This document shows positions 57,776 to 64,000 of a stretch of DNA of 64,000 nt, in pieces. How positions within the stretch are numbered: position 1 is the stretch's first letter; each line of letters starts with the position of its first letter. This DNA comes from Candidatus Omnitrophota bacterium (GTDB lineage Bacteria > Omnitrophota > Omnitrophia > Omnitrophales > Aquincolibacteriaceae): the NCBI GenBank assembly GCA_003140935.1, contig PLLJ01000038.1, positions 6,858 to 70,857 of the forward strand, written 5' to 3'. Below the pieces are notes generated by a model. That model was not told the DNA's origin and ran no database searches. It saw only the letters and a program-made list of their open reading frames with translations. Both the position numbers and the translations under genes were made by a program.

Positions 57776-58327
57776 TTAGATTTCTGGCGCCAATTCCTCG
57801 GCTATTTTTTCAAAACGTTTATGGACATCCCGCCCGATCTCTTTTTCAACCGCTTCAAATTGATCGGACAATTCTTTTTGGTCCTTATCGTTAAGAACTT
57901 TATTCGTCATCGGAAAAAGAAGATACTCTTCTTTCCAGATATGATTAGGATAAAGTTCGACCAAGCCCTGCAAACTTTTGATGAGAACGCTCTTTGCCGT
58001 TTCGCCGCTTTTAGCATAAGCCGCGCCTGATTCCGATAGTTGCTTAACGAGGGAACGCCCTTTTTCATGTTCATGGACCAAAATCGCTATCGGGCAACCT
58101 GTCATCGGTACGCCTTTTTTCCCGAGAAGCGGAAACAAATAGTTCTCCTCTTTTCCATGATGGCATTTGTCACCAAAAGTGCGCATGAATTCCACGACAT
58201 GATTAATCGTCTCTCCCTTCACATCCTTGCCTTCTTCCAATCGCGCCAAGAGGGCCACCATCACAGCAACGACTTTTTGGATGACGTGATGTTCTTCTTC
58301 TAAAATATCGGTTGGTTTTTTAACCAT
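57776..58327 (-). CDS. Hemerythrin/HHE-domain protein
   Basis: LEEEH, DKCHHGKEENYLFP, EHEKGR, HIWKEEYLLFPM. Confidence 0.92.
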   Translation of the reverse strand: MVKKPTDILEEEHHVIQKVVAVMVALLARLEEGKDVKGETINHVVEFMRTFGDKCHHGKEENYLFPLLGKKGVPMTGCPIAILVHEHEKGRSLVKQLSESGAAYAKSGETAKSVLIKSLQGLVELYPNHIWKEEYLLFPMTNKVLNDKDQKELSDQFEAVEKEIGRDVHKRFEKIAEELAPEI

Positions 58328-58470
58328 CGTGTTTGCCTCCTGTCGTTTTTTATTCATAAATCTTGCCGCGACATTATGCCCAAACGACTTTTTCCGTCTG
58401 CTTCTTCAGTCATCAAGTTTGAAGAAACAAAAAAGGCGCTGCAGGATTATACCAGCAATGCCTTTTGGCG

Positions 58471-58613
58471 AAAACTCCCCTTCTTGGGCGGACTTTTCCG
58501 CCAGAGGACGGATCCGTCCAGCGCGTTGTGGCGGACGCAACGGGTTGATGAGCTCCGGAGAGGTCGAAATCATCAAGATCATGATGAAGGGACTATCGTT
58601 TGCCCTTGTTGAA
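58471..58613 (+). repeat. Cassette-boundary repeat R2, containing a 39-bp hairpin insertion at 58497-58535
   Basis: aaaactcccc...gacttt[tccgcc..ggcgga]cgcaacgggttgatgagctccggagaggtcgaaatcatcaagatcatgatgaaggga. Confidence 0.88.
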
Positions 58614-58650
58614 CCAGATCTCCGCGCGGCACCCTTCCCCGTAAGCCGCC

Positions 58651-59475
58651 TCAATCGGTCTGGATCTTCAGCACGTTTCTGAGGGAAATGATCTCAAACC
58701 CGTTTTTTTCAAGTTGAGGGATCTCCTCGGCCAGGGCATCCAGCGTGTTCTTTCTGTAATGTCCGATGGCGACTGCGGTGCCTTGATCTTTGGCGATCCT
58801 CCGCAGTTCCACGAGCTGGGCTTTAATGGCGGCGACGGCATTATCGTCATCAAGAAAAATGCCGCACTTCAAAAACGGCAGTCCTATCGCATGACAAATT
58901 TCCGGAGCGACTGATTTTGGCGTGGTGTGGCTGTCAAAAAAGAACAGCCTCTCCCGTTTAAGCTCCTGTAGGATGATCGTCATTAACCGCCGGTCGGAAG
59001 TCCCTTTGGAACCCATATGATTATTGACGCCGACATGGCCGGGGACAGACGCCAGATCCCGTTTCAGGGCGCTCACGATCTCCCCATCGCTCATGGCTTC
59101 CGAGATCAGACCCTGGCCCGGAAATTTGTCGGTATGGACCGTTTCGAGCGGCAGGTGGAGGATAATATCCGCATGCGCGCGTCTTCCTTGCTCACTAAAA
59201 TACATGGAAAAATCACGAAGGGGAAGGATAGCGTAGGTCACTTTAGAGCCAAGCTTAGCTAATTCATTCTTGAATTTGTCGTGTTCGCCGATGTCATCGA
59301 TCACAAAAACGATCTTAGGTTTAAAAAGCCTGGGCGCGACACGATGGGCCCAGAATTTTCCATAATTCTCAAAGAACCAGAGTCCCCCGCCGGTGAACAG
59401 GACGATCCCCAACAAAATAGCTGAGAGCATTCGGGAGGCTCTGCGTGTAAGTTTGAAAAATTTACGATTTTCCAT
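58651..59475 (-). CDS. Divergent polysaccharide deacetylase (YibQ/DUF610 family)
   Basis: VIDDIG, TYAILP, LHLPLE, GVNNHMGS, FFDSHT, FLDD, AIGH; N-terminal TM. Confidence 0.93.
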   Translation of the reverse strand: MENRKFFKLTRRASRMLSAILLGIVLFTGGGLWFFENYGKFWAHRVAPRLFKPKIVFVIDDIGEHDKFKNELAKLGSKVTYAILPLRDFSMYFSEQGRRAHADIILHLPLETVHTDKFPGQGLISEAMSDGEIVSALKRDLASVPGHVGVNNHMGSKGTSDRRLMTIILQELKRERLFFFDSHTTPKSVAPEICHAIGLPFLKCGIFLDDDNAVAAIKAQLVELRRIAKDQGTAVAIGHYRKNTLDALAEEIPQLEKNGFEIISLRNVLKIQTD

Positions 59476-59635
59476 CAGGGTCCCAGTTATAATACAAAAA
59501 GTGTAAAAATCAAACCGAATAAATAGATGGTTCGAAAAAGAGTTGCAGATCAAATCTTGGAAATGACGATCTTTATTAAAAAGGCGTTACTCCTGTTTTT
59601 GAATGATCAACAGCCGTGACGCCTCTATGGATAAA

Positions 59636-59749
59636 AAACTCCCTCTGCCGGACGCATTTCGGAACCCTACGGAAGCTTTCCGGATTGAACTTTTGGCGAT
59701 CCGGCCGTTGTTCACAGAACGCGGTTTCGCTTGGGCCGGCCGGATATAG
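59636..59749 (+). repeat. Cassette-boundary repeat variant R3
   Basis: aaactccctctgccggacgcatttcggaac = KLPLPDAFRN, then a different tail (PTEAFRIELLAIRPLF...*). Confidence 0.65.
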
Positions 59750-59823
59750 GAGGGGGACTACGGACAAGGAATGAGAGGGGGAACTGTTCGGGAAGTCATT
59801 CCGGAAATGTCTTTTAGGGCTGG

Positions 59824-60087
59824 TTATTGATCATATTTTCGATGGATCTCACATCGAGTCGGGCAACTGCAGACAAAGGAAAATCCGAAAGAGAACGCGT
59901 AAGGGCATTGCTTATTATTTTTTTCCATCTTAACAAAAGCATGCTCGTTGCTAAAAGCTCTCTCGACTGCACATCCCGGACAATAGCCCGTAGTTAAACA
60001 ATTGAAATCACACGGGCATTTTGTTGTTTTATCGCGGGTTGCTTTAGTAATCTGGAACGGGATCATTCCGGGTGGGGTACTGCCCAT
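59824..60087 (-). CDS. Small Cys-rich protein
   Basis: CPCDFNCL..GYCPGC, CPY, CSCPTRCEI..KY; nine Cys in ~87 aa. Confidence 0.72.
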   Translation of the reverse strand: MGSTPPGMIPFQITKATRDKTTKCPCDFNCLTTGYCPGCAVERAFSNEHAFVKMEKNNKQCPYAFSFGFSFVCSCPTRCEIHRKYDQ

Positions 60088-60106
60088 TTTTAAGCACATC
60101 GGAGCA

Positions 60107-60328
60107 CTACATCTCCTCAAAAAACTGGCAGAGCGTCATCCCAAAAGCCTTAGCAATGCTCCGGATCGTCGTCACAAAACATTTACCAGGTGTTTTTCCC
60201 TCCAACCGCTGGATATGCTGCGAACTTATGTCTGCCTTTTCAGCCAGCATCTCCTGGGTATAATGATGTTTTCCCCGGAGTTTTTTAATGCGACAGCCAA
60301 GTTCACGGTTAAACATTCGAATAGGCAT
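60107..60328 (-). CDS. XRE-family HTH regulator
   Basis: LG.RIKKLR....TQEMLAEKADIS.QHIQRLE...TI..IAKAF.MTL.QFF. Confidence 0.9.
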   Translation of the reverse strand: MPIRMFNRELGCRIKKLRGKHHYTQEMLAEKADISSQHIQRLEGKTPGKCFVTTIRSIAKAFGMTLCQFFEEM

Positions 60329-60408
60329 GGCGGCATTGTCTCATGCTTTAAAGCTTTTAACACAACCTGGAGATTGTCTTTACTCGGAAATACGATCCGG
60401 AAACCCAT

Positions 60409-60485
60409 CTCCCGCGAGAAGACCTTTGAGGAGAGGTGGAAATCATCGAGATCCTGATGAAGGAACTACCCTTCGCTATGTTTGA
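60409..60485 (+). repeat. Cassette-boundary repeat R4, internally deleted
   Basis: ctcccgcgagaagac (LPRED) joined at 'gac' to gacct..ggagaggtggaaatcatcgagatcctgatgaaggaacta (GEVEIIEILMKEL). Confidence 0.8.
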
Positions 60486-60505
60486 GTGGAAGGCCTTTAG
60501 ATGGC

Positions 60506-60540
60506 AAGAAGCCACCGGGAGTTCATCCCGGTAGCTTCTT
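60506..60540. terminator. Hairpin, probable intrinsic terminator
   Basis: aagaagc-caccggga...tcccggta-gcttctt inverted repeat downstream of the 60558 gene. Confidence 0.6.
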
Positions 60541-60557
60541 GCGGTCAAAATCAGAAA

Positions 60558-61070
60558 TTATTTATTTTTTTCTTCCTCTTTTTCTTTCTTTTCCATCTGC
60601 TCATGAAGCGCCTTCATCTTTGTCATCTGATCAGGGGTCAGGAGACTTTTCAACTTTGCGTAAGTCGCAAGATTTGATTTTGCAGCGGCAGAAACTGAGG
60701 CGAAGTTTTCATCAATGAGGGCATTGGCCCCCTCGACATCGACTTTATCTTCTGCGAGTTTGGACTTGAGATCCAGCAGGAAAGTCTTCATATCCGCGCT
60801 CTGGCGAATGCTGTCCTTCTCCATTTGCAACTTAAGTTCCTTGAGGGTCTTCGCCTGATCATCCGTGAGCCCAATATCGGATTTATACTCCAAAAGAAAG
60901 CGGGCTTTTTTCATGAACTTTTCCATGATCGGACATTGGCAGTGTTCCTTCTTTATACTCACGGGACACTCCTTTCCTTTGCCCTTACCGTTCCAAAAGT
61001 GGGCAAAGGCTGTCGAGCATAAAAACACAGCCATTCCAAGAATCAAGAGTAACATTATTTTCTTCATCAT
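60558..61070 (-). CDS. Spy/CpxP-like periplasmic helical protein
   Basis: Signal peptide (AFA), two LTxxQ motifs (GLTDDQ, LLTPDQ). Confidence 0.82.
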   Translation of the reverse strand: MMKKIMLLLILGMAVFLCSTAFAHFWNGKGKGKECPVSIKKEHCQCPIMEKFMKKARFLLEYKSDIGLTDDQAKTLKELKLQMEKDSIRQSADMKTFLLDLKSKLAEDKVDVEGANALIDENFASVSAAAKSNLATYAKLKSLLTPDQMTKMKALHEQMEKKEKEEEKNK

Positions 61071-61155
61071 TTTAAGGCCCTCCTTCAAGGGGTGAGTTGA
61101 TTTTAATACGTTTTTTATTTTCCCGGCGGGTCCTGCTCATTCAAATTTCTATGGA

Positions 61156-61614
61156 TCACTTTTTGCAGTATCTTGCTTTCAACTGATCTTCGGTAGGGTG
61201 ATCGGCATAAAATTCCCCCTGAGGGCCCAAAAATCCTTTGTCGGTCTTGGTAAGAGTGACCGAGGTGTAGCTGCCGTCACCGTTAGGGATATTGATCTCC
61301 AGGGGGTTATTCATCGGCACAGACTGCGAAGGTGCGCTTGGCGCAACTACTGGAGAAGCAACAGGCGCGACCGGAGGTGCCGCCACGACCACCTGGCCCG
61401 GATAGGGATAAGCCATCAGCACCGGACGAGGCGGGAGCGGCTGCGGATCAAAAATATCCCGGATCAAACGAAACGGGAATAAAACAATATCCGCGATAAT
61501 GATGGCCGTTTCGCTCAAAAAATATCCCGGCCCTGAGGACCCGGAATCCGCCAAAGCGATCCCGCTCATGGGCAAGCATAGAACCAACAGGATCAGTATG
61601 GTTTTCTTAATCAT
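61156..61614 (-). CDS. Secreted Pro-rich protein with conserved C-terminal domain (paralogue of 61782-62312)
   Basis: C-terminus INIPNGDGSYTSVTLTKTDKGFLGPQGEFYADHPTEDQLKARYCKK. Confidence 0.85.
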   Translation of the reverse strand: MIKKTILILLVLCLPMSGIALADSGSSGPGYFLSETAIIIADIVLFPFRLIRDIFDPQPLPPRPVLMAYPYPGQVVVAAPPVAPVASPVVAPSAPSQSVPMNNPLEINIPNGDGSYTSVTLTKTDKGFLGPQGEFYADHPTEDQLKARYCKK

Positions 61615-61781
61615 TTGAGTCTCCCTTTGTTATTTTATTTGAGTGGATGTTTTCAACATCACGAGTGATGCCTGGAAAAAGGTGCTTGCGATAGGCATCA
61701 ATTGAACCCCCCTGAGGCATCCTGCGCTGGTCGCAACGAAAAATTGCATTGTTTTCTTAAATCTCATCGGATTTTTGTCCG

Positions 61782-62312
61782 CTATTTTTTGCAGTATCTT
61801 GCTCTCAACTGATCTTCCGTAGGATGATCCGTGTAAAATTCCCCTTGAGGACCCATAAATCCTTTTTCGGTTTTCTGAAGGGTCACGAGCGTAAAGCTGC
61901 CATTCCCGTTGGGAATGTGAATATCAAAGGAATCATTCACGCTCGCCACCGCGGGTGGTTGAGAGGAAGCCGGCGATGCCGTCGCATAAGGCGTTACCAC
62001 AGGCGCGCTCGCAGGAACATAGGCTACAGGAGGTTGAGCAACCCCCACATAACCTACCGGAGCCGCGGCATAATAGGGATTCCCGTAGTAATAAGGAACC
62101 CCATTTACATAATAAGGCGCGTAGAGATAAGCCGCATTAAGCAACGCGGCTGTTTCAACGAGTCCAACGGCGCCCCATCCCCAACCCCACCCACCATGCC
62201 AACCCCCATGCCCGCCTCCGTGCCAACCTCCATGCCCGCCATGGGCAAACGCCTGTGAGGGTTGTAAAAAACAAGCCAGAATTAAGATCACAATCAGGAT
62301 TTTTTTAATCAT
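61782..62312 (-). CDS. Secreted Gly/His/Trp- and Tyr/Pro-rich protein with the same C-terminal domain
   Basis: Signal (AFA), HGGHGGWHGGGHGGWHGGWGWGWG, C-terminus IHIPNGNGSFTLVTLQKTEKGFMGPQGEFYTDHPTEDQLRARYCKK. Confidence 0.85.
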   Translation of the reverse strand: MIKKILIVILILACFLQPSQAFAHGGHGGWHGGGHGGWHGGWGWGWGAVGLVETAALLNAAYLYAPYYVNGVPYYYGNPYYAAAPVGYVGVAQPPVAYVPASAPVVTPYATASPASSQPPAVASVNDSFDIHIPNGNGSFTLVTLQKTEKGFMGPQGEFYTDHPTEDQLRARYCKK

Positions 62313-62477
62313 TTTCAGGCTCCTCCATGTCGCATGATCATGTGACAAAACAGTTCACTTCGTAATAACTTCGACACTTCGAGGATAAAGAAAGTTCCAT
62401 TTATTAGAAAATAAAAAGGCGCTACCATTATACTCGAACTTTTGTCCGCTGTAACCATAGCGCCTGTATGGATTTAA

Positions 62478-62618
62478 AAAACTCCCCCGCCTGGAGGACA
62501 TTTCCGCCAGAGGACGGATCCGCCCGAGATGTTTGGCGGACGCAACTGGCTCATGACCTCGGGAGAGGTGGAAGTTTTCAAGATCCTGAGCAAAGAACTG
62601 CCGGTTGCCATCATTTGA
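62478..62618 (+). repeat. Cassette-boundary repeat R5, containing a 38-bp hairpin insertion at 62503-62540
   Basis: KLPRLEDI[hairpin]RNWLMTSGEVEVFKILSKELPVAII* once the hairpin is removed. Confidence 0.88.
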
Positions 62619-62642
62619 ATGGGAAACAGGCCGGGTGGGCTC

Positions 62643-63014
62643 TTAGGCGCTAGCAGCAATATGCTTCTCGACCATACCGAGCAGTTCTTTTGATTCAAAC
62701 GGCTTGAAAAGATAGCCATCGGCTCCGCTCTCCCGGGCTCTTGCCTCCAAGGTCTCTATCGCCGCAGAGATCAGAATGATAGGGATGTGCTTCAGTTTTA
62801 TATCCTTTTTCATTATCTTAGCAGCTTCGTCGCCATTCATGACCGGAAGAAGCATGTCCAGAAGGATCAGATCCGGCATTTTACAGCATGCCAGGTCCAG
62901 GCACTCCTGGCCATTCACGGCCCCGAAGGCCTCATATCCCGATAGGCTCAGCCGAAGCAACGTCAACTTCAGCAAACTGGCTTCATCATCGACCACAAGG
63001 ATTTTCTTTTTCAT
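62643..63014 (-). CDS. Single-domain response regulator
   Basis: ILVVDDE, PDLILLDMLLP.MNG, IPIILISA, GADGYLFKPF. Confidence 0.95.
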   Translation of the reverse strand: MKKKILVVDDEASLLKLTLLRLSLSGYEAFGAVNGQECLDLACCKMPDLILLDMLLPVMNGDEAAKIMKKDIKLKHIPIILISAAIETLEARARESGADGYLFKPFESKELLGMVEKHIAASA

Positions 63015-63029
63015 GCAGATCCTGTATCC

Positions 63030-64000
63030 TCAAAGCGGTAAAGTGAAATGAAACGTGCAGCCTTTTCCTATTTCCGATTCCGCCCAGATCCGCCCGTGAT
63101 GCGCGAGAACGATCTCCCTGGCGATCGCCAGGCCTAAGCCCGTGCCGCTCTTTTGTTTATTTCCAAGCATCCCAAAAGGTTCAAAGATCCCTTCCAAATC
63201 TTCGGGCTTGATGCCCGGGCCGGAGTCCCGGACACTGACATGGACGTCGTAATCTTCGCGCCACGTTTGAATGGTGATACTCCCGCTTTCGCTGTATTTT
63301 AAGGCATTGGCCATCAGGTTGATCAGGACCTGAAAGATCTTGTCTTTATCGAATTTTATTCTTGGAAGATCAGCTCCGAGTTCCATGACGAGATCCGTTT
63401 TTCTGTTCCCCGAAAAAAGCACTGCGCTTTTAAGCGCTTCCTGGGCCACCTCATTCAGATCATTTTTGTTGAAGTCATATCCCATTTTTCCGGCTTCCAT
63501 TTTCTGGTAAACCAAAACATTGTTGATCAAGCGGCCCAAGCGATCGATGTTTTCTTTGGCAGTGCTTAAAACATCTTCCTGCTCAGCGTTCACAGGACCC
63601 AGCGAACCATCCAAAACAAGATTCGTGGCCTCTTTGATCGCCGCAAGAGGACTTCTAAGTTCATGAGAGACCGTCGAAGTGAACTTGGACTTTGCACCCG
63701 CTAGCTCTATTAAAATATTTTTCGTTTTTTTCTTCTCGGTGATGTCGCGTATATTACACTGCATCACTTTTGCCTTATCGACTAAAAAAACATCCGAACT
63801 TATATTCAGGCCTTTTTTGGTATTGACTTGTATGTCGTTGTAATAAATGACACCGTCTCTTTCTAGTATTGACATCATCTCTTGAAAGTCCTTATCATCT
63901 TTGGTCACGCCGATCTCCCAGAGCTTCTTTTTCAAAAGCTCATCCGAGGAATAATCCAGCATTTTCTGAGCAGACGAATTCGAATTAAGAACGTTACCTC
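63030..64000 (-). CDS. PAS-domain sensor histidine kinase, 5' end outside window
   Basis: Frame stays open to the window edge (GNVLNSNSSAQKMLDY, PAS); H-box SHELRSPL, N-box NLMANALKY, DSGPGI, GTGLGL. Confidence 0.95.
   Translation of the reverse strand, partial: GNVLNSNSSAQKMLDYSSDELLKKKLWEIGVTKDDKDFQEMMSILERDGVIYYNDIQVNTKKGLNISSDVFLVDKAKVMQCNIRDITEKKKTKNILIELAGAKSKFTSTVSHELRSPLAAIKEATNLVLDGSLGPVNAEQEDVLSTAKENIDRLGRLINNVLVYQKMEAGKMGYDFNKNDLNEVAQEALKSAVLFSGNRKTDLVMELGADLPRIKFDKDKIFQVLINLMANALKYSESGSITIQTWREDYDVHVSVRDSGPGIKPEDLEGIFEPFGMLGNKQKSGTGLGLAIAREIVLAHHGRIWAESEIGKGCTFHFTLPL

Noticed and set aside
56085-62618. Boundary repeats as a CRISPR array or as real small genes (55895-56185, 58329-58682, 62468-62653)
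   Set aside because: Spacing is 0.8-2.4 kb with whole genes between copies and no cas genes; the frames lack consistent starts and three are broken by insertion or deletion.

Overview
Bacterial window, most likely from a Candidatus Omnitrophota (PVC superphylum) genome. This is an inference from the 14-kb giant gene, the PilT and pilin genes, the many B12-radical-SAM genes and the small secreted protein families; no marker gene here proves it. (1) 1-9.7 kb is housekeeping: class-V aminotransferase, clpP, tig, five tRNAs, M48-like lipoprotein, ROK kinase, rlmH, SplB-like radical SAM, PilT. Two tRNAs are each followed by a conserved structured element that ends in a copy of that same tRNA's 3' end. 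(2) 9.8-21.9 kb is a tightly coupled cluster of five B12-binding radical SAM genes, one lacking all three cluster cysteines, plus a sixth radical SAM and three GT2 glycosyltransferases. (3) 22-36.9 kb holds accessory small secreted and lipoprotein genes, cstA, HPr and a pilin. (4) 36.9-53 kb encodes a ~4,700-aa secreted giant protein with a JAB-like N-terminal domain, Ig repeats, YD-like repeats, two C39-like domains each followed by an internal double-glycine-type leader motif, amphipathic helices and a C-terminal GxSxG hydrolase. It is followed by a coupled partner gene, a broken remnant of an alternative C-terminal tip and a second partner paralogue, which is the layout of a polymorphic toxin/immunity locus. 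(5) 56-64 kb contains five + strand copies of a short 'LPxxDxxRN...' coding-tail repeat that separate blocks of - strand cargo genes; this looks like a serially integrated cassette array whose anchor may lie to the right of the window. All functional calls come from motif recognition by eye; no database searches were run.
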